IMG/VR virus record: IMGVR_UViG_3300017780_006957
Span: 32,001 to 96,000 of that record
Strand: one strand, 5' to 3'
Source of the DNA: a virus
DNA: 64,000 nt
Shown: positions 10,064 to 18,692 of the stretch, piece after piece
Layout: each line of letters starts with the position of its first letter
Position numbering within the stretch: the first letter of the stretch is position 1
Program-made: the position numbers and the translations under genes
Notes under the pieces: generated by a model
The model's database searches: none
What the model was told of the DNA's origin: nothing
What the model saw: only the letters and a program-made list of their open reading frames with translations

Positions 10064-11059
10064 TCAAGCAAGAAAAACTATTTCTTCGCCATAATTATTC
10101 TTTCCCCAGAGATATCCAAGAGAATTCAAAGAATCAATCACTTTCTCTCTTGAGTAGGTATTTCCTGGAGTAAGAAGGACTTGAATATTCCTAATAAAAT
10201 ACTCTTGATATCCTTCTCCAATTTTTTGATCAATAAAATTATTCAAAAGATTTTCAAATTCTGTATATTCCACGTATTCTTCCGAATACATTTCATTACC
10301 ATCTTCATCACAAACAGACGATTCAATCTCTTCCGAAAAGATATCAATTACCTTATATGCGGATACCCTGCACTTCTGACAATTATAATCTTCAGGAACG
10401 CTAACCACATCTTTTGGATTAATCTTTACGACAACAACCATTCCTTGAGCAAAGTCTTCTGCGTAATTCAAAGATCCAACGTGAAGTCCATACGAGCAAT
10501 GATGTTGACGGTTGTCATCGACATCCCAGCGACGAACCTCAATCTCTTCACCAACTCCATTATAGATCTTTCCAGACGCATCTACCTTACCCTTGAGAAC
10601 CTTGGTTTTCTTATTTCCGCTAATCGACCATCCAGTCGAATTTAGCCCCTTGTAAGCAAGGAAGCATCCATCTTCAGTAATTGGAAGCTCCTTATAAGAC
10701 AAGAAATCATAGAGTTCACGAACAGAATTTGCAGAAGGATTGAGTTGAAGATTGTCCCAAAAATTGCCAAATAGTGATACAGGCAATCCTTCTTGAGCAA
10801 TCGCACGAACCTTATCTGCCAAGGCTTCTGGTAGTTCTTCTCCCTTGTAGATTACTTCTTCTGGAGTGATCTTGAAACCATCTCGTTCAAAGCTACCTGC
10901 GGATTGATCTAGGATCTCAAGAATCGCCGCCTCTTGTTCGCTTTTAGGCAAATCAAAAGCCTTGATGATGCGAACATATTGAACAGAGGATTTGTCAATC
11001 TTGATTGGTTTATTTTGGTGGAAAAATACGATTCCAGTTGCGTTAATGATGTACTTCAT
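10064..11059 (-). CDS. rIIB: RIIB-like protein
   Basis: NPS...ELYDFL...LPITEDGCFLAYK...CSYGLHVGS...INPKDVVSVP; adjacent to rIIA. Confidence 0.85.
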   Translation of the reverse strand: MKYIINATGIVFFHQNKPIKIDKSSVQYVRIIKAFDLPKSEQEAAILEILDQSAGSFERDGFKITPEEVIYKGEELPEALADKVRAIAQEGLPVSLFGNFWDNLQLNPSANSVRELYDFLSYKELPITEDGCFLAYKGLNSTGWSISGNKKTKVLKGKVDASGKIYNGVGEEIEVRRWDVDDNRQHHCSYGLHVGSLNYAEDFAQGMVVVVKINPKDVVSVPEDYNCQKCRVSAYKVIDIFSEEIESSVCDEDGNEMYSEEYVEYTEFENLLNNFIDQKIGEGYQEYFIRNIQVLLTPGNTYSREKVIDSLNSLGYLWGKNNYGEEIVFLA

Positions 11060-11098
11060 ACTGTTTATAATAATTTAGGTTAGCGTTTTTGTCAATGA

Positions 11099-12994
11099 TT
11101 ATTTCATTTTAAGAATCTTTCTCAGGTCTTCTCTTGAATATTTTTCAATATTGTAATGATAATTGCCCAACGAAGTGACAAGTTTAGATCTAATAGAATT
11201 TTCTTGTTGAAGTTTTTCCCAAAAGCAATTCAGCTTTTTGGCATTTTTATCTTTTTTAATTGCATCATGGGTTCTTGAATTAAAATTGACCCATCGTTTC
11301 ATACAGGAATTACGAGCGAATTCTTTTGCCCTTTCTTCTGATTCAATTTTGTCGAAAGATTCTTTTAGTTGTTTTGATTTAAGTGACTTGGCGTTATTCC
11401 AACCAAGTTTCTCCATATCTTTGACAAATACATGAGAGTTACTTTGATGACACTGATTTCGTCCTTCTTTAATACAAATAGAGAATTTCAAAACCTCTGA
11501 AAAATGTTTTGCGTTTTCAATTAGTTCTTTGTTTTGAGTCAATGCTTCTTCTTCATTATTTGCATTAGATAGGTTGTGATATGATCGAATATAATTGTGG
11601 AATTCCAATGCAGTCATTTGATTGGGGTATTTATATCCCCTCTGATCATAAACTGAATAAGTTTTTGGCAACTTATTATTTGAAGTTTTCGGCAACTTAA
11701 TAATCTTTACTGAAGCAATATGAAAATTCTCTTTAATCTTTTCGACATCAGTATTCTTATTATTTAAATCTGAATCAGCGACAAAGTAATAACTCTCTCC
11801 TGTCAGTTTGCAGTAGTTCGTAATTTTATTTAACCAGTAGTCATAATTACCAGTATTTGGTGCAATTAAAATAACTGATTTATTATTTTTCTTAGCAATA
11901 TTACCTTCTTTATTGATTTGAATTACGTTGTGTAAGGTGAAATAAACATCTTTAAACAATACAGACTTCCTTGCTTCAAAGATTTCTCCAGTATACAGGG
12001 AATTATCTAGTTGACTAAGGCAGTCGTCCAAAAGATCAAAAATAGATTTTGATTTAAATTGAGCCAAATCTTCTTCGTTTAATTCTTCAATTGTTTTATT
12101 GATTTTATCAAGCACCAACTTGTTGGCGGTAGTATTTTCAAAATTTTCGCGGCTAATTGGTATCGACATCATTCCAATTGGAATATCAATAACTAAAATA
12201 TGATTTCGTTTAATATTGAAATTTTTATCTTTAACAGAAGATCCATATGTTACTCCTCCCATTTGAAAAATGGTTTCCATATATGATGATGACCCGCCAT
12301 AGTTTAACAACCGAAATTTAAATCCATTTCTTTCGAAAGATTTAATTGTTTCGAATGGAGAAATAATGAGATTACCAATCGTGGCTTCTATTTTTGCTGG
12401 AGACAGGTGAATGAAATCTTGAATTTCTCGTTTGAAGTCAGAATAATCAGCAGAAAAAATAGGAACGGAAACTTCTAATCCTGTTTCGTTTGTATCGCAT
12501 TCATCGATCTTATAGATATGACCAACGGGAACTCCAGAATCTCCAGCACCCAAAACGCAAGTGTAGGTTGTGCATTTTCCATTGAAATAAGAAGTCACAA
12601 AGAAAGTGTCATTATAACAATGCCCAGCTTTCGATCCGACACCAAAGCCACCAATCGAATCATTTGATTTTGATTTTGTTGAGCGGAAATACATTCCAAA
12701 GATGTTGCGAACACCTTCTTCACTCAAACCCTTGGCAAAATCACGAACATAAAAAGTATGTTCGTTGTTTTCAAGACGCAAACCAGTTTGAACAGTTTCT
12801 TTAACGTCGAATTTATTGTGTTCGTCAATAGCATTACAAAGATATTCTCTTACGACGGCTTTGATTTTATTTGAATAAATCTTATCTCGCAAGTGCCATG
12901 TCGCTATTTCCATGCCTTTAAAATCCATACCCATGATAGAGTTTTGCATGTTGTCTGATGTTAAGAGCGGGGAGCAGGTAGCGTTCATTTTCAT
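11099..12994 (-). CDS. rIIA: RIIA-like protein (GHKL ATPase N-terminal domain)
   Basis: IYSNKIKAVVREYLCNAIDEH, RDFAKGL, STK, GGFGVGSKA. Confidence 0.85.
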   Translation of the reverse strand: MKMNATCSPLLTSDNMQNSIMGMDFKGMEIATWHLRDKIYSNKIKAVVREYLCNAIDEHNKFDVKETVQTGLRLENNEHTFYVRDFAKGLSEEGVRNIFGMYFRSTKSKSNDSIGGFGVGSKAGHCYNDTFFVTSYFNGKCTTYTCVLGAGDSGVPVGHIYKIDECDTNETGLEVSVPIFSADYSDFKREIQDFIHLSPAKIEATIGNLIISPFETIKSFERNGFKFRLLNYGGSSSYMETIFQMGGVTYGSSVKDKNFNIKRNHILVIDIPIGMMSIPISRENFENTTANKLVLDKINKTIEELNEEDLAQFKSKSIFDLLDDCLSQLDNSLYTGEIFEARKSVLFKDVYFTLHNVIQINKEGNIAKKNNKSVILIAPNTGNYDYWLNKITNYCKLTGESYYFVADSDLNNKNTDVEKIKENFHIASVKIIKLPKTSNNKLPKTYSVYDQRGYKYPNQMTALEFHNYIRSYHNLSNANNEEEALTQNKELIENAKHFSEVLKFSICIKEGRNQCHQSNSHVFVKDMEKLGWNNAKSLKSKQLKESFDKIESEERAKEFARNSCMKRWVNFNSRTHDAIKKDKNAKKLNCFWEKLQQENSIRSKLVTSLGNYHYNIEKYSREDLRKILKMK

Positions 12995-13070
12995 ATCCAA
13001 AATATATCTGGCATTGAGATTGTTTGCAAGAAAATTATTTGCAAGGGATAAAATAAGTGTAATTCATTTT

Positions 13071-13787
13071 ATGAAAAAATGTTCTAAATGCAGTATCAAA
13101 AAAAATGAAAACGAATTTGATCAATGTAAAAATGTCAAATCTGGCATATATCCTTCATGCAAAGAATGTCGTAAAAAATACAGAATTGAAAATAAAGAAT
13201 TTTTAAAACAAAAAAATAAAGATTATTATGATAAAATCAAAGAAAATGATGATTTTTTAAATAAGAGAAAAATATATTATCAAAAAAATAAAAATACAAT
13301 AATTGAACAATCTAAAATTAACTACAACAAAAATAGAAATTTATATAATAAAAAAAGAAATCTTCGAATAAAATTTCGTTTAAAAAACGAGCCAGAATTA
13401 AAATTAATTAAAAATATAAGAAGAATGATTAATAGAGTAATTACAACAAAAAATCAAAAATCTATTTATTATTTAGGGGTAAAGTCTGCGGAAGAATTTA
13501 TTGAGTTAATGAATCAAAAAACATCTAATAAAAATTGGATTCAAGATGATTATCATATCGACCATATCTGGCAAGTTCATTGGTTTTCGGAAGCTTTAAA
13601 AGAAAATGCAGAAAAAACATGCTTAATGATCAATCATCATAGTAATTTGCGCCCAATACGAGCGGAAGAAAATTTAATTAGATCCAAACAAGATTTTGAT
13701 ATTTTAAAATATGAAGATTTTGCAAAATACAAGAATTATTTAAATATAAGTATTTTAGAAGAAATTAAATTATATAAAAATTGGTAA
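13071..13787 (+). CDS. HNH-type homing endonuclease-like protein
   Basis: N-terminal CxxC...CxxC, YHIDHI...HSNLRP...ENL; start set at ATG 14 nt after GTGTAA. Confidence 0.7.
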   Translation: MKKCSKCSIKKNENEFDQCKNVKSGIYPSCKECRKKYRIENKEFLKQKNKDYYDKIKENDDFLNKRKIYYQKNKNTIIEQSKINYNKNRNLYNKKRNLRIKFRLKNEPELKLIKNIRRMINRVITTKNQKSIYYLGVKSAEEFIELMNQKTSNKNWIQDDYHIDHIWQVHWFSEALKENAEKTCLMINHHSNLRPIRAEENLIRSKQDFDILKYEDFAKYKNYLNISILEEIKLYKNW

Positions 13788-13997
13788 TTAAAAATTCATC
13801 ACAGATTGTCGAACATCTTCTGATTTGGCTACAATTTCTCTAATTGTCTGAACTTTATAAATATAATAATGTTTGCGGGGATTTTCTTCGCAAAGCTTTT
13901 GATATAAATCAAAAATAAGTTTTTTGTTTTCGCTGTAACGGATAATTTGATCTCCGAAATGCAAAAAATACTGGATCACAATGTTTTTATTCATCAT
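13788..13997 (-). CDS. hypothetical protein
   Basis: ORF track. Confidence 0.6.
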   Translation of the reverse strand: MMNKNIVIQYFLHFGDQIIRYSENKKLIFDLYQKLCEENPRKHYYIYKVQTIREIVAKSEDVRQSVMNF

Positions 13998-14034
13998 AAT
14001 CCAGTATTATATAGATCGAATTCTAAGTCAAGAA

Positions 14035-14235
14035 TTATTTGTCTTTTGCTTTTCCAACATTCAAAGCGAGAATATCAATTATTTTATAAGCCTTAGCTAA
14101 AAATGATCCTGCTTTTGGCGTTGGGGTGATAGCGGCGATAGCCGATGCGACTGAAATGACTGCTACAACAACACCAAACCAAGGGTATTGTCTAATTATT
14201 TCAACTACTAATTGAGTTATAGATGTAATGTCCAT
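14035..14235 (-). CDS. small membrane protein, holin-like
   Basis: TM segment, ASAIAAITPTP...LALNVGKAK; GTGTAA motif upstream. Confidence 0.6.
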   Translation of the reverse strand: MDITSITQLVVEIIRQYPWFGVVVAVISVASAIAAITPTPKAGSFLAKAYKIIDILALNVGKAKDK

Positions 14236-14261
14236 GTCAATTATTACACTTAATTTTGATT

Positions 14262-14483
14262 TTATTCAAAAATTGTGCTTTCAACCATTTTATAATAGTC
14301 ATCAGATAATTCGCCAGCATTATAAATAAAATCAAAAATCCAACCAATATCTGACTCATCTTCTATGAGTAAATCATTAATGAGATTATCAAATAACTCA
14401 TCCTGCTTCTTTTGTAAGGTTGAGATTTCGCGTTTAGCGCATTCAACCAAAACCCTTTGTTCTTCGTTTAGTTTTTTATTCAT
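14262..14483 (-). CDS. hypothetical protein
   Basis: ORF track. Confidence 0.65.
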   Translation of the reverse strand: MNKKLNEEQRVLVECAKREISTLQKKQDELFDNLINDLLIEDESDIGWIFDFIYNAGELSDDYYKMVESTIFE

Positions 14484-14639
14484 TTATTTTATTCTTGTTG
14501 CTAATATTAATCCTAGATTGGCCATTGCGTAACTTCCCCAAACAATAAACCACGGCCAGTTGCCTTTGAAGGCATAACTTGCCGCGACATAAGCATAGAG
14601 AAAGAAAACAATAAATACTATTTTTTCTTCTAAATTCAT
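14484..14639 (-). CDS. small membrane protein (51 aa)
   Basis: MNLEEKIVFIVFFLYAYVAASYAFKGNWPWFIVWGSYAMANLGLILATRIK; fills the gap exactly. Confidence 0.6.
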   Translation of the reverse strand: MNLEEKIVFIVFFLYAYVAASYAFKGNWPWFIVWGSYAMANLGLILATRIK

Positions 14640-15001
14640 TTTGTTACTTTTATTTCCATAAACATAGGATACTTTTTTATGTAAGACTCTGCTTCTTTTT
14701 TGCTCTTACAATAAATATCTACTACTATATTCGATTTACCAAGTTTACGAGATGCTCTACGGCTTTTAACTGCTGAACCTGTATCTTGCGCCAAAAATGT
14801 TTTGCCCATCTTTGGAATAAAAATCTTAGATTTATAAGGTATAATCTTAGGATCAACAGCAATAGTTTTATTGACTGTCGGTTTAGCCCCAGTAGAAGTT
14901 TGATATCCATCCCAGTAATAGGTTACTCTCGCCATATAAGTTTGTGCATGGCACAAATTACAAGCGAGCAATAACGCAAGTATTAATGTTTTAATTTTCA
15001 T
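14636..15001 (-). CDS. secreted 3D (three-Asp) domain protein, MltA-like cell-wall enzyme
   Basis: signal peptide; IAVDP..IP, AQDTGSA, VDIY motifs. Confidence 0.85.
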   Translation of the reverse strand: MKIKTLILALLLACNLCHAQTYMARVTYYWDGYQTSTGAKPTVNKTIAVDPKIIPYKSKIFIPKMGKTFLAQDTGSAVKSRRASRKLGKSNIVVDIYCKSKKEAESYIKKYPMFMEIKVTK

Positions 15002-15044
15002 GCTAAAATGATAGCATAAAAATTTTATCATGTAAAGAATTTAT

Positions 15045-15230
15045 TTAAATTTCTTTCTTAAAGATAGCTTTAGTATCTTCCCCAAAAAGAATAGCCTCTT
15101 TTTGAGCGTAGATGTCTGCTAATTCTCTATTATCTTCCCTAAAGGATACAGTCATGCCCTCAGTCAATGGGTTTTTGCCTTTGAGTGCATATACATACTT
15201 TTTTGCTTTCGGTGCTTGTTTTGTTTTCAT
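15045..15230 (-). CDS. hypothetical protein
   Basis: ORF from MKTKQ. Confidence 0.55.
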   Translation of the reverse strand: MKTKQAPKAKKYVYALKGKNPLTEGMTVSFREDNRELADIYAQKEAILFGEDTKAIFKKEI

Positions 15231-15259
15231 ATTAAAAATATTTTGTGTAATAAAGTCAG

Positions 15260-15502
15260 ATGCCAAGACATTTACAATCTCAGATCCATTCAGATTTTTC
15301 TCGTATTTCGGGAACTTGGACTGGCTATAGAGCGCAAATCACTGGCTTGTGGGGTTCTACCTCTAACCATGATGATTTTAATAATCATTTAATTAGAGAA
15401 TATAATCGAAAAATTAATTACCTTAATATGCCAAGTGGATTATATATTATTCCTTATAATGCAGGTTTCAGTTATACTACTGATATTAGTAAGCTTACTT
15501 AA
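15260..15502 (+). CDS. hypothetical protein (probably late)
   Basis: GTGTAA 15 nt upstream of ATG. Confidence 0.65.
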   Translation: MPRHLQSQIHSDFSRISGTWTGYRAQITGLWGSTSNHDDFNNHLIREYNRKINYLNMPSGLYIIPYNAGFSYTTDISKLT

Positions 15503-15506
15503 AAAA

Positions 15507-15525
15507 TGGAGCGGAATGTCAGAGT
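15507..15525 (-). pseudogene. tRNA 3'-end remnant (Gly-like acceptor strand, ...CTGACATTCCGCTCCA)
   Basis: 3' T-stem strand, acceptor strand and CCA with no matching 5' half; overlaps the endonuclease stop codon. Confidence 0.5.
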
Positions 15526-16175
15526 GAAATATAATATTTAATAAAAGTTATACATTTTTCAAGAAAAATTGGAAAATCATTTTTTTTCTTATAATTTAAA
15601 TCATTAGATGAAATTCTCATTATATTCCAACCATTTTTTATTAAATTTGAATCTCTAATAGCATCTTTTTCTTTGTCGTGCCATTTTATACCATCATATT
15701 CTATATTTATTTTATAATCTGGTAAAGCTATATCGAGATAAATATTATCGACTTTGTACTCTTGTTGTAATTCTGGAAATATCTTTTTTAATTCTTCAAA
15801 TAATATATTTTGCCAATAAGATTTTTTACCAGCACATTTCTTATTTGGATGTTTTTCTGGATTTAATTTAAAAAATTCTTTTTTTGATAAAGACATTTTT
15901 AATTTACTTTCATCGCTTCTTTTTGAACCAAGATTTTTTAAAGATAAAGCTTTTTTTCTTTCAAGAGTCCAACTTTCTTTAAGTTTTTGTTTTCTATCCT
16001 CAGTACAAGGTAAAGTTTTTTTGCCTTTTATTGGAGATATTCTACCAGTTGCTTTTTGACTTCTTATTGAATTAATTTCTTCAGTCCAAATTCTTGAATT
16101 AGCGCAAGATCTAGAACAAAAAATACCACTGCCAAATGTTCCATTATGATCTATATTGCATTTTTTACATTGCAT
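15519..16175 (-). CDS. homing endonuclease-like protein (NUMOD3 plus Vsr/DUF559-like nuclease)
   Basis: FCSRSC zinc motif, RSDESKLKMS repeat, LDIA....INIEYDG..WH, RD..L..GW. Confidence 0.8.
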   Translation of the reverse strand: MQCKKCNIDHNGTFGSGIFCSRSCANSRIWTEEINSIRSQKATGRISPIKGKKTLPCTEDRKQKLKESWTLERKKALSLKNLGSKRSDESKLKMSLSKKEFFKLNPEKHPNKKCAGKKSYWQNILFEELKKIFPELQQEYKVDNIYLDIALPDYKINIEYDGIKWHDKEKDAIRDSNLIKNGWNIMRISSNDLNYKKKNDFPIFLEKCITFIKYYISL

Positions 16176-16218
16176 ATAATTATTTACACAATCGAACTAA
16201 CTTTATGAATTAAAAAAA

Positions 16219-16292
16219 TGGTGCGTTATGTGGTAGTCGAAACCACGCTACTAGAGTGGAAGTCTAGTGTGCTACCGTAACACTTATAACGC
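16219..16292 (-). tRNA. tRNA-Gly(UCC)
   Basis: cloverleaf GCGTTAT/ATAACGC, anticodon arm CTAGA-CTTCCAC-TCTAG, encoded CCA. Confidence 0.9.
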
Positions 16293-16297
16293 AAAAT

Positions 16298-16369
16298 TGG
16301 TGGAGCATTTCGGAACTGCCCCGAAGTCCGCAATGCATATAGCATTACGTCGAAATCTATATATGCCCC
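16298..16369 (-). ncRNA. minimal tmRNA-like RNA (tRNA-like domain only, no tag ORF)
   Basis: GGGGCAU/AUGCUCC acceptor with G3.U70, ACCA end, stemless 14-nt D-loop ending UUCGAC, 7-bp P2 hairpin, GGAC linker, T-arm. Confidence 0.8.
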
Positions 16370-16852
16370 TTAACTTTCTTTATTAAACATTACATAATTA
16401 TGAACAGAAACAACATAATCTTCTGCTACAGCAAGTTTACCCTGCATCCATGTTTCTGTCAAGTTATCTTGCACTTTTAAATCATCTAAAGCTGCCAAAA
16501 TGTTTTCGGCGTGAGATTTGATTGAAGCAATAGATCCAATAGCCATTTCATAAAGATCTTTCTTGTATTCGGTCAACTCCTCTTCTGGACTTTCATCTTC
16601 CATTTCTGGAGCATTAAAATCCACTTCTTCAGCCTTGCTAACTTTTTTAAGTGGTTCTGCAAAATCAAGAAATTCATCATCGCCAGATCCGACGACAACA
16701 TCAGCAGAAGCTTTGGCTTGATCGAATTGAGTATAACAGATTGCAATGCGCTGTTGATTGTCTTTGAACTTAGGGTCTTTGGCTACTTCAGAGATGCAGC
16801 GGCCCACAAAATCCTTTTTCTTTTCTTTTTTCTCAGGAGTTGGTAAAGGCAT
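16370..16852 (-). CDS. hypothetical protein (MPLP.P...F..RC...QR.AIC type)
   Basis: start reassigned to MPLPTP; GTGTAA upstream. Confidence 0.75.
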   Translation of the reverse strand: MPLPTPEKKEKKKDFVGRCISEVAKDPKFKDNQQRIAICYTQFDQAKASADVVVGSGDDEFLDFAEPLKKVSKAEEVDFNAPEMEDESPEEELTEYKKDLYEMAIGSIASIKSHAENILAALDDLKVQDNLTETWMQGKLAVAEDYVVSVHNYVMFNKES

Positions 16853-16880
16853 AATTTTATATTTAAAATATATTACACTT

Positions 16881-17126
16881 TTAATGCATGAAGTTAATAA
16901 TTTTCTGAACAGCGACTTCAATGTCCGTTGCGTCTCTTATGATTTTATCTTCAGACCAACTATGGGCCGCATTATATGAGTGATTTTTCATCAATTTATT
17001 TGTTTTTAAATCTACCCAATGGAAAGACTGCCAATCGACAAGATCTTTTAGGTTTTTTATGGTGATTCTCTGTTCTTCATATTTGTTGATTTCGATTTCA
17101 ATAGTAGATGTTCCTTTGATTTTCAT
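16881..17126 (-). CDS. hypothetical protein
   Basis: ORF track. Confidence 0.65.
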   Translation of the reverse strand: MKIKGTSTIEIEINKYEEQRITIKNLKDLVDWQSFHWVDLKTNKLMKNHSYNAAHSWSEDKIIRDATDIEVAVQKIINFMH

Positions 17127-17139
17127 AATAAGAAAGGCA

Positions 17140-17227
17140 AGGACAGTGCGAGATTCGAACTCGCGGTGAGCTTAACGCCCACTTCAGTTTTCAAGACTGA
17201 CGTATTAATCCACTCTACCAACTGTCC
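17140..17227 (-). tRNA. tRNA-Ser(UGA)
   Basis: GGACAGT/ACTGTCC acceptor, TCAGT-CTTGAAA-ACTGA, long variable arm; CCA not encoded. Confidence 0.9.
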
Positions 17228-17233
17228 GTTTAA

Positions 17234-17359
17234 TTATCCTTGGCCGCGATACTTTTTTCTATAATTTTTTGAATTCTTTAGATGAGAGGTCTTGCTTTTA
17301 GCATGGATTCCCTTGCGCTTCTTAGACTTTACACCGTTTTTTTGGTTCTTCTTGTTCAT
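17234..17359 (-). CDS. small highly basic protein ending KKYRGQG (41 aa)
   Basis: MNKKNQKNGVKSKKRKGIHAKSKTSHLKNSKNYRKKYRGQG; below the ORF-track cutoff. Confidence 0.7.
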   Translation of the reverse strand: MNKKNQKNGVKSKKRKGIHAKSKTSHLKNSKNYRKKYRGQG

Positions 17360-17980
17360 TTATTTATTGTTTAGATAGAATTTTTTTAGCACTACTTTAT
17401 TTAAGCCTCTACGACTTTCGATTTCAGGAATGATTGTTTTACGAATCCAATTTCTTTCATACCTTTGATCTTCGTTGCTCTCATCAATTTGAAGATACTT
17501 GAAAAGATTGTTTTTGTCAACCCAATTTTCAAAATTCTTTTTAATGTTCAAGATGAATGGGCGATAGATAGAAAAAGAATTAAAATCAGTAAATTCTTGA
17601 ATTGGTTTGTGTTCTGGGCAACCTTTTAAAGTATTACTTATATAACTCTCTACAGCGTCTTGTAAATGCTGGCATTGAATAATTGACCCACCCACTTGAG
17701 AAAAGAATTTTAATCTTTCTTTCCTTAGTCCATCTTCAATATTTTTATCAATCTTAATAGAACATTTTTCTGTGATAAGATTAATTTTATAGTCAGAACA
17801 AAATCTTTCGCAAGCCTTTTGCATAAGGTTGTTTTGCGGTCTTTGATTATGATTATAGTGAATAGCTTGAAATTTTTGTCCAGATTTATGAAGAAAATGA
17901 GCGCAAGCTAGACTATCTATACCGCCAGAGATAGCAATACTATAAGTTTTTGGTAGGTATTTTTTATTTATTTTGATCAT
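17360..17980 (-). CDS. tilS: tRNA(Ile)-lysidine synthetase-like protein, PP-loop domain only
   Basis: AISGGIDS PP-loop, HYNH..R, R..FF, QHLQD..E, RP, DESN.....RN.IR. Confidence 0.85.
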   Translation of the reverse strand: MIKINKKYLPKTYSIAISGGIDSLACAHFLHKSGQKFQAIHYNHNQRPQNNLMQKACERFCSDYKINLITEKCSIKIDKNIEDGLRKERLKFFSQVGGSIIQCQHLQDAVESYISNTLKGCPEHKPIQEFTDFNSFSIYRPFILNIKKNFENWVDKNNLFKYLQIDESNEDQRYERNWIRKTIIPEIESRRGLNKVVLKKFYLNNK

Positions 17981-18028
17981 TTAATTAAAAGATTATGATA
18001 TTTATCATAATCAGTGTATAATAGTTAT

Positions 18029-18388
18029 ATGCAAAAATGTAATCATTGTCAAGCGAATTTATCTGGTAATCAAACTAAATGGTGTTCGGATAAATGCAAA
18101 CATTCTGTCGCAAATGCGAAACATCAAAATTATCAAGCTCAACAGGAAAGAGGCAAGTCTAGAAAAAGAGATTTAATTAAAATGAAAGGCGGCGGATGTG
18201 AAATTTGTGGTTATAAAAAATCTACAGCCGCTCTATGTTTCCATCATTTAGACCCTTCAATAAAAAAATTTGAATTAGATATAAGAAGCTTATCAAATAG
18301 AAGACTAGATTATATCTTGGATGAAGCCTCAAAATGTCAATTACTTTGCTCTAATTGTCATATGGAAGTTCATCATGGTTTAGTATAA
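18029..18388 (+). CDS. HNH endonuclease
   Basis: CEICGY...LCFHHLDP...KCQLLCSNCHMEVH; GTGTAT 15 nt upstream. Confidence 0.85.
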   Translation: MQKCNHCQANLSGNQTKWCSDKCKHSVANAKHQNYQAQQERGKSRKRDLIKMKGGGCEICGYKKSTAALCFHHLDPSIKKFELDIRSLSNRRLDYILDEASKCQLLCSNCHMEVHHGLV

Positions 18389-18396
18389 AATTAAAG

Positions 18397-18486
18397 TACA
18401 AAAGGTGAGACTCGAACTCACAAAGGACTTTCACGTCCATAACGGTTTATGAAACCGCGCCCTTAACCAATTCGGGTCACTTTTGC
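18397..18486 (-). tRNA. tRNA with CAU anticodon (Ile2/Met) and long variable arm
   Basis: GCAAAAG/CTTTTGT, GCGGT-TTCATAA-ACCGT, V-arm GGAC-GTGAAA-GTCC, T-arm GTGAG-TTCGAGT-CTCAC; no CCA. Confidence 0.85.
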
Positions 18487-18499
18487 ATTATTTAGAAAG

Positions 18500-18577
18500 T
18501 GGTAGTCACGGTGGAATTCGAATCCACACTGTAATGATTTTAAGTCATTTGTCTCCTACCAGTTGGACTACGTGACC
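18500..18577 (-). tRNA. tRNA-Leu(UAA), short variable loop
   Basis: GGTCACG/CGTGACT, AATGA-CTTAAAA-TCATT, encoded CCA. Confidence 0.9.
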
Positions 18578-18617
18578 TTTTTTATTTTATCTCACTGACT
18601 TACTCAGTGATGTCCTT

Positions 18618-18646
18618 ATCTTACTCTTAGTTGGCGGGATTGTCAA
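18618..18646 (-). promoter_or_regulatory. sigma70-type promoter for the tRNA-Leu/tRNA-CAU unit
   Basis: TTGACA-17-TAAGAT followed by hairpin TCACTGA-gtaag-TCAGTGA. Confidence 0.75.
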
Positions 18647-18692
18647 CTTTTTTCTGCAAAAAAAGTGTAATGAGATTAAACACATTAAAATT

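Noticed and set aside
12912-13070. N-terminal extension of the plus-strand HNH-like ORF
   Set aside because: Overlaps rIIA and its promoter; the ATG at 13071 follows the GTGTAA motif.
16298-16369. Ordinary tRNA-Ala or tRNA-Ile
   Set aside because: No D-stem and no 7-nt anticodon loop; the UUCGAC and GGAC junctions are tmRNA hallmarks.
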